Program-made: the position numbers and the translations under genes
Notes under the pieces: model-generated
The model's input: the letters and a program-made list of their open reading frames with translations, nothing else
Told to the model about the DNA's origin: nothing
Database searches by the model: none
Shown: piece after piece, positions 50,634-59,628 of the stretch
Layout: each line of letters begins with the position of its first letter
Numbering within the stretch: position 1 is the stretch's first letter
Source of the DNA: Terriglobia bacterium
Lineage (GTDB): Bacteria; Acidobacteriota; Terriglobia; 20CM-2-55-15
Direction of reading: 5' to 3'
NCBI GenBank assembly: GCA_965218585.1
Contig: CBDCLE010000002.1
Span: 160,001-224,000, forward strand
Length of the DNA: 64,000 nt

Positions 50634-50978
50634 ATGAACGTCATTGACACAGTGGAAGAACAGCAACTGAGAACGGACCTGCCGGACTTCAACCCCGGGG
50701 ACACCCTGAAGGTTCACGTCCGTATACGGGAAGGTGAGAAGGAACGCATCCAGATTTTCGAAGGTGTGTGTATCGCCCAGAAGCACGGGGGAATCCGGGA
50801 GACATTCACTGTTCGAAAGATCTCTTTTGGACAGGGAGTCGAAAGAGTGTTCCCTATCCATTCGAAAATCATCGACAAGATAGAGGTTATTCGTAAAGGC
50901 CGCGTCCGCCGGGCAAAACTTTACTATATCCGTCAGTTGCGCGGGAAAGCGGCTCGGATCAAGGAACTCAAGAAGTAA
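50634..50978 (+). CDS. rplS: 50S ribosomal protein L19
   Basis: [28 protein letters not shown]. Confidence 0.98.
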   Translation: MNVIDTVEEQQLRTDLPDFNPGDTLKVHVRIREGEKERIQIFEGVCIAQKHGGIRETFTVRKISFGQGVERVFPIHSKIIDKIEVIRKGRVRRAKLYYIRQLRGKAARIKELKK

Positions 50979-51032
50979 TTTCGGCCCCGCCCGTATTCAT
51001 TCCGTGGACTGCATCGCACAGAACCGAGCGTC

Positions 51033-51269
51033 ATGAGTCGAGTGTTTGGCGTCGCAGTCATCCTTTTCTGTTTCGAGATCGGGTTCTTTCTCGTCTTCGT
51101 TCCCTGGTCCACCCTCTGGGAAAACAATCTACTCTTCGTATACGCCCCCGGTATGAGAGCCATTCTTTTGGGGACCCTCGTCCGTAGTGCAGTCACAGGA
51201 TTAGGCTTCCTGAATTGCCTGATCGGTGTGTCGGAACTTCGACGTTTTCTTGCTGCGTACTTTTCCTGA
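51033..51269 (+). CDS. Small membrane protein
   Basis: Two TM segments; EIGFFLVFVPWS.LWENN. Confidence 0.65.
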   Translation: MSRVFGVAVILFCFEIGFFLVFVPWSTLWENNLLFVYAPGMRAILLGTLVRSAVTGLGFLNCLIGVSELRRFLAAYFS

Positions 51270-51799
51270 TGATCCGCTGCTATGTAACCAACCGTCGAGC
51301 TGGGGACGTTCTCGAGACGGTCGAACGCGCCGTTGCCGACGCGGTGGACATGATCCAGGTCCGTGAAAAGGACATGGAAGCCGGCGCTCTGTTCGATCTC
51401 GTCCGAGCAGTCCTTCGGCTGGCTCGCCCCACGCCGACGAAGGTCCTCGTAAACGACCGTCTGGACGTGGCGCTCGCTGCTGGCGCACACGGCGTTCACC
51501 TGCCCTCGAACGGTCTGCCGATTTCCACGGTTCGACCTCTGATTGATCTCGTCGGTGTTTCCACACATACGCTCGAGGAAGTTCAACGCGCCGAGGCCAA
51601 CGGCGCCGACTTCGCGCTGTTCGGTCCGGTTTTTGAAACGCCCGGCAAGACGCCGGTCGGAGTAGATCCGCTGCGGGAGGCTACACGGGTCGCCGGAAAA
51701 ATGCCGGTCCTTGCCATAGGCGGCATCACATCCGACAACACCGAACAGGTGATCGAAGCAGGGGCAGCGGGGATAGCCGGAATCCGCCTCTTTCAGTGA
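51269..51799 (+). CDS. Thiamine-phosphate synthase / TenI family protein
   Basis: QVREK, VNDRLDVA, GVHL, GVSTH, GPVFET, AIGGI. Confidence 0.88.
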   Translation: MIRCYVTNRRAGDVLETVERAVADAVDMIQVREKDMEAGALFDLVRAVLRLARPTPTKVLVNDRLDVALAAGAHGVHLPSNGLPISTVRPLIDLVGVSTHTLEEVQRAEANGADFALFGPVFETPGKTPVGVDPLREATRVAGKMPVLAIGGITSDNTEQVIEAGAAGIAGIRLFQ

Positions 51800-51887
51800 C
51801 GCTTTATCGGGTTCGCAGATGATGCGGATGAGGGCGGATTAGGCTGATTGAAGCCACGATTCGTCTGGAGGTGCGAAGGCCGTCCAC

Positions 51888-51925
51888 TTGACATGTGAAC
51901 CACATGCAAATATGCTGTTCACATG
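51888..51925 (+). promoter_or_regulatory. TA promoter with inverted-repeat operator, leaderless
   Basis: TTGACA-N17-TATGCT-6 nt-ATG; CATGTGAAC...GTTCACATG inverted repeat. Confidence 0.8.
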
Positions 51926-52153
51926 GCCAAAATGATCCAATTAAGGCATGTCCCCGACGAGCTTCATCGAAAACTGAAAGCCCGGGCCGCGATGGAAGGG
52001 CTTTCGCTCTCCGACTACCTGCTCCAGGAAGTCGCACAGATCGCAGAGCGTCCCACAGTCAATGACTTGCGACGGCGATTGGAAGGCAGGAAGTCTGTCC
52101 GGCCACGAGTTCCTCCCGCCAGGGCCGTGCGGGCCGAGCGCGAACGCCGGTGA
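51923..52153 (+). CDS. FitA-like ribbon-helix-helix antitoxin
   Basis: IQLRHVPDELHRKLKARAAMEGLSLSDYL; overlaps the toxin start. Confidence 0.88.
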   Translation: MAKMIQLRHVPDELHRKLKARAAMEGLSLSDYLLQEVAQIAERPTVNDLRRRLEGRKSVRPRVPPARAVRAERERR

Positions 52154-52554
52154 TTGTCGTCGATGCCTCCGCCCTTCTCGAAGTGCTGCTCCAGACACCG
52201 GCATCGGAGAAGGTAGCCGAGAGGCTGTTCGATCCCGGCGAAACGCTGCATGCCCCGCATCTGCTCGACCTCGAAATTGCTCAAGTCTTGCGACGTTACA
52301 CGCTCTCCGGCGAAATGCAATCGAAGCGGAGCGATCAAGCGTTAGCCGATCTCGCCGACCTCGGCCTGAACCGTTATCCGCATGACGTATTTCTCCCGAG
52401 GATTTGGGCACTACGCCGCAACCTGACAGCATACGATGCGGCCTACGTCGCTCTCGCCGAGGCGCTCGATGCACCCCTCATTACACGAGACGCTGTGCTG
52501 GCAGGGGCCCCCGGACACGTCGCACACATCGAACTCATTCAGCCGGAACGCTGA
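52150..52554 (+). CDS. vapC: VapC PIN-domain toxin
   Basis: MIVVDAS, APHLLDLE, YDAAYVALAE, LITRD. Confidence 0.93.
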   Translation: MIVVDASALLEVLLQTPASEKVAERLFDPGETLHAPHLLDLEIAQVLRRYTLSGEMQSKRSDQALADLADLGLNRYPHDVFLPRIWALRRNLTAYDAAYVALAEALDAPLITRDAVLAGAPGHVAHIELIQPER

Positions 52555-52595
52555 AGGTCGATTTCGGTTTGTCCAGAGACTGATCGGTCGGAAAA

Positions 52596-53306
52596 CTATT
52601 TCAAAGACTCGAGAACTTCCGACAACGCCGCTGCCGGATTCTCTGCACTGTTTACGTAGCGCCCGACGACCAGCCAATTGGCACCGGCTTCGAGAGCTTC
52701 CCTGGGAGTTCGGACGCGCTTCTGGTCGTCTGCCGATTGCGTTGGCATTCGGACGCCGGGTGTCACGATCGTGGGACTCGAACCGAGGTCGCTGCGAAGC
52801 AACCGTATTTCCTGGGCAGAGCACACAACCCCGTCGGCGCCCGCTTCAACAGCCATGGCAGCAAGACGACGCACCTGGTCTTCAGAGGTGGGGGACACGC
52901 CTATCCGCGGAAGAGTTTCCTCGTCAATGCTGGTCAGGACGGTGACCGTGACAACGACGGGCCGTTTCTCTCCGAACCGGTCCTCGAGAGCCTTCCGCGT
53001 GGATCGGATCATCTCGGGCCCACCCGAAGCGTGTATGGTCAGCATTGAAACTCCAAGACCCGCGGCTTCAACTGCTGCCCTGGAAACCGTGTTTGGAATG
53101 TCGTGGAGCTTCAGGTCCAGAAAGACGTGCTCCCCGTCGTCGACGATGGCTCGGACGATGTCGGGGCCTTCTGCCACGAAGAGTTCGTTGCCAACCTTGA
53201 ACATCCCGGCGAGGCCCTTGAGGTTGGTTACAAGACCTGACGCATCGGCGCGAGAACCGACGTCGAGAGCGACGATGACCGGAGAGGCACGGCGCTCGCT
53301 ATTCAC
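52596..53306 (-). CDS. pyrF: Orotidine-5'-phosphate decarboxylase
   Basis: IVALD, FLDLKLHDIPNTV, VTVLTS, TPGVR, DDQKR. Confidence 0.97.
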   Translation of the reverse strand: MNSERRASPVIVALDVGSRADASGLVTNLKGLAGMFKVGNELFVAEGPDIVRAIVDDGEHVFLDLKLHDIPNTVSRAAVEAAGLGVSMLTIHASGGPEMIRSTRKALEDRFGEKRPVVVTVTVLTSIDEETLPRIGVSPTSEDQVRRLAAMAVEAGADGVVCSAQEIRLLRSDLGSSPTIVTPGVRMPTQSADDQKRVRTPREALEAGANWLVVGRYVNSAENPAAALSEVLESLK

Positions 53307-54250
53307 GATTGTTCCGATTGTGACGTCTCGATCCGTCCGACGAGGTCCTTCACCGCTGAAATATTCTTCCGCTTCAGGAACTGTTCAATTTCGGTAACGA
53401 TCCGGGCCGAAGATCCCGGATCCTTGAAGTGTGCCGTTCCCACCTGGATGGCCGAAGCGCCGGCAAGGAAGTACTCGACTGCGTCGTTTCCTGAATCGAT
53501 CCCACCCAGACCGAAAACGGGAATCCCTACCTCAGCCGCACACTCGTAAACCATCCGAAGCGTGATCGGGCGGATGGCTGGTCCGGAAAGCCCCGCTGTG
53601 ACGTTCCTGATCCGAGGCTGGTACGTCTCAGGGTCGATCGCCATCGCGACGAAGGTGTTGGCTACCGTTAGGGCGTCGGCGCCGGCGCCTTCAGCCGCGC
53701 GAGCGATGGCCGCAATGTGGGTGACGTTGGGCGACAGCTTGACGATCAATGGCCTGGAAGATCTGGCACGTACGCGATCGACCAACTCGCGCGTCGCGTC
53801 CTCCCGCGTGCCGAACACCATGCCGCCCTTCTCGGCGTTGGGACAGGAGATGTTCAGCTCGTAGGCCACGATGCCGTCGCAGTCGTTCAACTTCTCAACG
53901 ACGCCAACGTAATCGTCGGGAGCAAATCCAAAAACGTTGACGATAACCGGACACCCACTCTTCCTCAGATAAGGCATCTTGTCGTTGATGAACCGATCCA
54001 CGCCCACGTTCTGGAGGCCGATCGAGTTCAACATGCCGGATGGCGTCGGGAAAAGGCGCGGAGAGGGGTTCCCTTCAATGGGATGGAGTGATGTGCCCTT
54101 GACGGCTATTCCACCGACTCGGGAGAGATCGATGAGACCTTCAAACTCCTCCCCGTAGCCGACTGTGCCGCTAGCAAGTATGACGGGATTCGGAAAAACC
54201 ACACCCGCAATTTCCACGGACAGGTCCGGAATCTTCAGGTCCTCTGCCAC
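53303..54250 (-). CDS. pyrD: Dihydroorotate dehydrogenase, family 1
   Basis: ASGT, GN..PR, GMLNSIGLQN, ELNISCPN, VKLSPN, GLSGPAI. Confidence 0.96.
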   Translation of the reverse strand: MAEDLKIPDLSVEIAGVVFPNPVILASGTVGYGEEFEGLIDLSRVGGIAVKGTSLHPIEGNPSPRLFPTPSGMLNSIGLQNVGVDRFINDKMPYLRKSGCPVIVNVFGFAPDDYVGVVEKLNDCDGIVAYELNISCPNAEKGGMVFGTREDATRELVDRVRARSSRPLIVKLSPNVTHIAAIARAAEGAGADALTVANTFVAMAIDPETYQPRIRNVTAGLSGPAIRPITLRMVYECAAEVGIPVFGLGGIDSGNDAVEYFLAGASAIQVGTAHFKDPGSSARIVTEIEQFLKRKNISAVKDLVGRIETSQSEQS

Positions 54251-54283
54251 ACTTAAATGAATCTATCATATAATCTTACGCTG

Positions 54284-54829
54284 ATGGCATTGAAGGCCCG
54301 CAACCAGCTCATGAGCGCCGACGAGATGCGGCAAACGCTGGAGGCAATGGCTTCAAAAATCCTCGCGGCCAACCCCGACCGTCCCATCATCCTCCTGGGC
54401 ATAGAACGCAGAGGTGGCCCTTTGGCGATTCGCCTGTCCGAAATAATGCAGGGTCAGGGCCGGGCCACCGAAGTCGGCTCACTCGACATCAACCTCTACC
54501 GCGACGATCTCACGATGGTATCGGAGCAACCCGTCGTTCGAAAAACCGAACTGCCCACTGACATCACGGATAAAGACGTGATCTTGGTCGACGACGTCCT
54601 CTACACCGGACGGACGATTCGGGCGGCGATGGAGGCATTAAACGACTACGGCAGGATTCGTTCGCTTCAGTTGGCGGTTCTTATCGACCGTGGACATCGC
54701 GAACTACCGATTCAACCCAACTTCGTCGGCCGCACGGTGGAATCCCAGCACGACGAAATCGTCGATGTCCGCGTTGCCGAAATAGATGGAGAAGACGGCG
54801 GATGGGTGATGGACAAGGTCGGGACATGA
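54284..54829 (+). CDS. pyrR: PyrR regulator / uracil phosphoribosyltransferase
   Basis: [31 protein letters not shown]. Confidence 0.96.
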   Translation: MALKARNQLMSADEMRQTLEAMASKILAANPDRPIILLGIERRGGPLAIRLSEIMQGQGRATEVGSLDINLYRDDLTMVSEQPVVRKTELPTDITDKDVILVDDVLYTGRTIRAAMEALNDYGRIRSLQLAVLIDRGHRELPIQPNFVGRTVESQHDEIVDVRVAEIDGEDGGWVMDKVGT

Positions 54830-55773
54830 GCTCGCAACGCAGAGAAAAACGGGATCTGCTCGGGATAACGGGAATGAGGGCGGAAGAGATCGTTCAGATA
54901 CTCGATTCCGCCGAATCCTTCGAGGAAATCGCCCAACGGCCGGTCAAGAAGGTACCGACGCTGCGTGGGAAGACTGTGATCAACCTGTTCTTCGAGGCAT
55001 CCACCCGGACACGCACCTCGTTCGAAGTCGCAGGAAAGAGGCTTTCTGCCGACGTCATCAACGTGTCGTCCACGGGAAGCAGCCTCTCCAAAGGCGAGAC
55101 CCTCCGCGATACTGCACAAACTCTCGATGCTATGGCGCCCGACTGCATCGTGATCCGCCACGAATCGGCGGGTGTGCCCCACGAGATCGCGAAACATACC
55201 AAAGCCTCAGTCGTAAACGCGGGTGACGGTGCACACGAGCACCCGACACAGGCTCTGCTGGACGCTTACACGATACGCAAGCATAAGGGTCGGCTCGAAG
55301 GCCTCAAGGTGGCTATCATAGGCGACATTCTGCACAGCCGCGTCGCTCGATCCAATCTCCTTGCGCTGACCGAGTTCGATTCCGACGTCTGGCTCGCTGC
55401 CCCACCGACGTTGATACCGCCGGACATCGATCAGATCACATGCAGTGAGAATCCCTATCTCCACGCGACCTATTCGATGGAGGAAGCACTCGCCGACGCT
55501 GACGTCATCATGATGCTGAGGGTTCAGTTCGAGCGAATGGTCGATTCCTTTTTTCCGTCGACACGGGAATACTGCCGATATTTCGGGCTGACGGCGAAGC
55601 GCATGAAGCTGGCGAAACCCGACGTCGTAGTCATGCATCCGGGTCCAATCAACAGGGGAATCGAAATCGACGCCGAGGTGGCGGATGGCCCCTACTCTGT
55701 GATTCTCGAACAGGTTTCCGCGGGCGTGGCTGTCCGAATGGCGATTCTTTACCATCTCCTGGGAGGGCATTGA
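54826..55773 (+). CDS. pyrB: Aspartate carbamoyltransferase catalytic subunit
   Basis: [31 protein letters not shown]. Confidence 0.97.
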   Translation: MSSQRREKRDLLGITGMRAEEIVQILDSAESFEEIAQRPVKKVPTLRGKTVINLFFEASTRTRTSFEVAGKRLSADVINVSSTGSSLSKGETLRDTAQTLDAMAPDCIVIRHESAGVPHEIAKHTKASVVNAGDGAHEHPTQALLDAYTIRKHKGRLEGLKVAIIGDILHSRVARSNLLALTEFDSDVWLAAPPTLIPPDIDQITCSENPYLHATYSMEEALADADVIMMLRVQFERMVDSFFPSTREYCRYFGLTAKRMKLAKPDVVVMHPGPINRGIEIDAEVADGPYSVILEQVSAGVAVRMAILYHLLGGH

Positions 55774-57053
55774 TGCCTCTTGACGGAGCAAAGCGGATCG
55801 TCGTCCGAGAGGGCCGCCTGCTCGACCCGGAACGAGGCGTGGACCAGACCGGCGATATCCTGATCGAAGACGGGAAGATCCAGGCCGTCGGCGAGGTGGA
55901 GGTTTCCGACGCCGAAACTCTCAATGCGAAAGGCCTGGTCGTAGCTCCCGGCTTTTTCGACATCCACGTCCACCTGCGAGAGCCGGGCACCGAAGAGGCC
56001 GAAACGATTCGTACTGGAGGAGAGGCGGCCGCGGCCGGCGGTTTTACGGCCGTGGCAGCGATGCCCAACACGAGACCACCTATTGACAATGCTTCGCTTG
56101 CGCAGTTCGTCGTCTCAGAAGCACGCCGCCATTCACCGGCACGCGTGTTTCCGATCGGAGCGATTACGAAGGGGCAGGCCGGTGAAACACTGGCCGAGAT
56201 CGGAGAGATGGTGGCCGAAGGTATTGTCGGCATTTCCGATGACGGCAAACCCGTCATGAACGCACGCCTCTTCCGGCGTGCCATGGAGTACTCGAAGCTG
56301 TTCGACCTGCCCGTTATCCAGCATTGCGAGGACCTGGATCTTTCGTCCGGCGGCGTGATGCACGAGGGGGCAGTTTCGACCCGAATGGGGCTGAAGGGGA
56401 TTCCCGCCGCCGCAGAGGATTCCATCGTTGCGCGCGACCTGACGCTTACTGAGCTAACAGGTGCCAAATACCACGTGGCCCACCTGAGCACGGCCGGCGC
56501 CGTGGAAATGGTCCGACGCGCGAAAGCCCAGGGTCTTCCTGTGACGGCCGAAGCCGCGCCCCATCACTTTGCTCTGACTGAAGATGCCGTGGAAAACTAC
56601 AACACGAACGCCAAGATGAAACCTCCGCTACGCTCCGAGGAAGACGTGAAGGCGGTGATCGAAGGCCTTCGTGAGGGGACGATAGACACCATTGCCAGCG
56701 ATCACGCGCCTCATCATGTAAACCTAAAGATGCTGGAATTCGACCGCGCGCCGTTCGGCATAACGGGTCTGGAAACAGCTGTGGGACTGGCGATGACTCG
56801 GCTAGAACTTTCAATGGACCGTCTTGTCGAGTTATTCTCGACAAACGCTCAACGGATCATGCGGATCGAACCTTGGGGGCTCTTCGCAGGATCTATTGCG
56901 GACGTGACAATCCTCGACCCGGCACGGGAGTGGACGTTCGACGTCGGAGAATCACGGTCATTAAGTCGGAACAGCCCCTTCGATGGCTGGACCTTCAAGG
57001 GAAAAGCCGTAGCGACGATCGTAGGTGGCAGTGTTGTTTATGAAGATCTTTAG
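55773..57053 (+). CDS. pyrC: Dihydroorotase
   Basis: DIHVHLREPG, MPNT, HCED, HLST, SDHAPH. Confidence 0.96.
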   Translation: MPLDGAKRIVVREGRLLDPERGVDQTGDILIEDGKIQAVGEVEVSDAETLNAKGLVVAPGFFDIHVHLREPGTEEAETIRTGGEAAAAGGFTAVAAMPNTRPPIDNASLAQFVVSEARRHSPARVFPIGAITKGQAGETLAEIGEMVAEGIVGISDDGKPVMNARLFRRAMEYSKLFDLPVIQHCEDLDLSSGGVMHEGAVSTRMGLKGIPAAAEDSIVARDLTLTELTGAKYHVAHLSTAGAVEMVRRAKAQGLPVTAEAAPHHFALTEDAVENYNTNAKMKPPLRSEEDVKAVIEGLREGTIDTIASDHAPHHVNLKMLEFDRAPFGITGLETAVGLAMTRLELSMDRLVELFSTNAQRIMRIEPWGLFAGSIADVTILDPAREWTFDVGESRSLSRNSPFDGWTFKGKAVATIVGGSVVYEDL

Positions 57054-58338
57054 CCAAGGGTTCATTGGACTCGGCGCGTTGTCGCTCCTCGGCGTCTCCA
57101 CAGCGATGGCCCAGACTCCGGACGAACTCGTCGAACAGATCCAGGAAAACGACCGATACCAGGAGGCTCTCGAGTATATCGACACAGACTACCCCCGCTA
57201 CGTCGAGGAGTTGATAGAACTGACCGAGATTCCCGCACCCCCGTTCATGGAATCCGAACGCGCCGCTGTTTACCTGGAAAAGCTTGCCGAACTGGGACTG
57301 GAATCGGTGGGAATGGACGCTGAAGGCAATGTCATGGGCGTCCGTGCTGGCGGGGACGGACCTTTGATCGCTGTAGCGGCCCACCTCGACACTGTCTTTC
57401 CCGAGGGAACTGACGTGCGTGTTCGGCGTGAAGGCACACGGTTATCGGCACCAGGGGTGGGAGACGACACGGCGGGTTTGGTTCTGTTGCTTGCCGTGAT
57501 CCGCGCGATGGACGCCGCAGGGATCCAGACCTCTGGAGACATTCTCTTTGTGGGCGACGTCGGCGAGGAAGGGCCGGGGGACCTCCGGGGCATGAAATAC
57601 CTGTTCGGCGAAGGCCCGTATAGGGATCGGATCGAAGGGTTTGTCTCGGTCGAAGGCGGCCGCCAGATGGACATCACCAACGCCGCCCTCGGGAGCAAAC
57701 GATACCGCGTGACCTTCCGGGGACCCGGAGGACACAGCTACAACGCGTTCGGCCTCGTCAGCCCTTCGTTTGCCATGGGAAATGCGATCAGGAAGCTTTC
57801 GAGCCTCGAAGTTCCCGACGATCCCAAAACAACGTTCAACGTGGGGGTCATCGGAGGTGGAACCTCGGTCAACTCAATCCCCTTTGAATCGTGGATGGAA
57901 GTCGATATCCGGTCTGAAGAGCGTGAACGGCTCGAAAATACGGCGGAGATGTTCCTCGATCTGATGTACCAGGCGGTAGATGAAGAAAACGAGGCGCGGT
58001 CCACCGGGCAGGGCGAGATTGAACTTGAAATCGAGGTCATCGGAGATCGCCCTTCGGGAGAGATATCAATAAACACGCCACTCGTCGAAAGAACTGCGGC
58101 GTCCTTTCGAGCCTTCGGGATCGAGCCTACATACAGCCGCTCCAGCACCGATTCTAATATTCCGATCAGCCTTGGAATTCCGGCCGTCACGATCGACCGA
58201 GGCGGCATGGGAGGCCGCAGCCATTCACTGGATGAATGGGTGGACGTGGAAAAACCGGGAACCGTGGAAGGAATACAGGTCGTCCTGACGACGATTCTCG
58301 CCATTAGTGGCCTGGAAGAAGACCGCACCACGGACTGA
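57040..58338 (+). CDS. Exported M20/M25/M40 family metallopeptidase
   Basis: Signal peptide; AHLDTVF, GVGDD, GEEG, GGHS, STD, HSLDEW. Confidence 0.9.
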   Translation: MKIFSQGFIGLGALSLLGVSTAMAQTPDELVEQIQENDRYQEALEYIDTDYPRYVEELIELTEIPAPPFMESERAAVYLEKLAELGLESVGMDAEGNVMGVRAGGDGPLIAVAAHLDTVFPEGTDVRVRREGTRLSAPGVGDDTAGLVLLLAVIRAMDAAGIQTSGDILFVGDVGEEGPGDLRGMKYLFGEGPYRDRIEGFVSVEGGRQMDITNAALGSKRYRVTFRGPGGHSYNAFGLVSPSFAMGNAIRKLSSLEVPDDPKTTFNVGVIGGGTSVNSIPFESWMEVDIRSEERERLENTAEMFLDLMYQAVDEENEARSTGQGEIELEIEVIGDRPSGEISINTPLVERTAASFRAFGIEPTYSRSSTDSNIPISLGIPAVTIDRGGMGGRSHSLDEWVDVEKPGTVEGIQVVLTTILAISGLEEDRTTD

Positions 58339-58431
58339 AACCTATAACCTTCAGCCAGTCAGATCCGCGTATCTCCTCTGGAACGATCGTTGCTTCACCT
58401 TCGACGGGTTCAACGGAAGCCAACCTCACTT

Positions 58432-58462
58432 ATATTGTAAGTAATGTTATGATTTACAATAT
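58432..58462 (+). promoter_or_regulatory. TA promoter with inverted-repeat operator, leaderless
   Basis: ATATTGTAA-N13-TTACAATAT; extended -10 TGtTATGAT 7 nt before ATG 58461. Confidence 0.7.
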
Positions 58463-58700
58463 GAAAACTATTTCGATTACGGTGGACGAGGATACGCTCG
58501 CCCGACTCGACCGGCTTGCCGGCAAGGGCTCAAAGCAGCGATCGAACCGTTCCAGCATGGTTCGCGCCGCGATGCGCGAATATGTGTCCCGCATGGAACG
58601 TCAGGTCGAAGAAGAACGGGAACGTGAAGTTTTCCGGCAACAGCGAACCCAACTCGAGAAGGAAGCAATCGCACTGGTTCGGGAGCAGGCGACGCCGTGA
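58461..58700 (+). CDS. CopG/RHH antitoxin
   Basis: MKTISITVDEDTLARLD...NRSSMVRAAMREY. Confidence 0.85.
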   Translation: MKTISITVDEDTLARLDRLAGKGSKQRSNRSSMVRAAMREYVSRMERQVEEEREREVFRQQRTQLEKEAIALVREQATP

Positions 58701-59029
58701 ATCGCGGGGAAATCTATAAGTCGCGGGAGAAAGTCCCGGAACGTGGCCATAAACCGGGATTCTATGTCGTGGTTTCGCGCGATTTTGTGGCCACCAATGA
58801 CGACATTTCAACCGTGGTCTGTGCACCCGTCTATCGGCAGATTCTGGGAATCCGGAGTGAGGTGATTCTCGGTCCGGATGATGGCCTTGTTCAGGAGAGT
58901 TCTCTCCGCTGCGACTTCCTCTCGTTGATGTTTAAACGAAAACTGGCTCGGAAGGTCGGATCGCTCTCGGAGGAAAAGCTCAACCAGCTCGATCACGCTC
59001 TCGGGTATGCGCTGGGGCTGGGAACGTAA
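58697..59029 (+). CDS. PemK/MazF family toxin
   Basis: MNRGEIY, VVVS, VVCAPV, S.LRCD, VGSLS...L..LD.AL..ALGL. Confidence 0.87.
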   Translation: MNRGEIYKSREKVPERGHKPGFYVVVSRDFVATNDDISTVVCAPVYRQILGIRSEVILGPDDGLVQESSLRCDFLSLMFKRKLARKVGSLSEEKLNQLDHALGYALGLGT

Positions 59030-59170
59030 AGCGACAGGTAAGGCTTGAATTTGGGATGTGACTCGTGGATGTCACAATCCGCTTGTCCGTTTCCGTGAGT
59101 TCTTCACCCCAACTTCTAGTCGCTACGCCGCATTTGAGGTGTCTGGCAGCATTTGATCGGAAATCGATAG

Positions 59171-59300
59171 TTCTCAACGTCCGGGAAGATGATTTCTCAG
59201 GATCTGAGAATCATTTTCAAGCTCATCTAGGGCACCGGCACACGCTCCATCAGTTCTTCAAACCAGTTGAACAAGAACGACGTTGGCTTGCTCGCAGCCT
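59171..59300 (-). pseudogene. Decayed 3' end of a gene ending NWFEEL.ERVPVP* plus conserved downstream sequence (copy 1)
   Basis: Minus strand reads ...NVVLV-NWFEELMERVPVP*; related to 62513-62610. Confidence 0.55.
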
Positions 59301-59628
59301 TTCGTTGATCAAGGTGCGCACCGTGCTCGCTTTCACGCGGAGAAAGTCGGCAGCATCGTGAACGGTAAAGAGGGGTCTGGTTAGCATCGCGACATGCCGG
59401 CGCGGTTTTTGCGCTGTTTCTGGGGTTGCTTATGCTTATATATACGTTCTTATCTGTCACTGCTTCGTTGTACCTGTATATCAGTCAGCTGGGGGCGATT
59501 GTCTGGCACGGCGCTGGAGTCATGAATGGCTATCAAAACCTTGGTCCGCTCTTATAATCGCTTGTGGCGCACGTACCGCCGCTAAAACTGTCCACTGAAT
59601 CCGCTAAACACTAAAAAGGCCCATTGCC

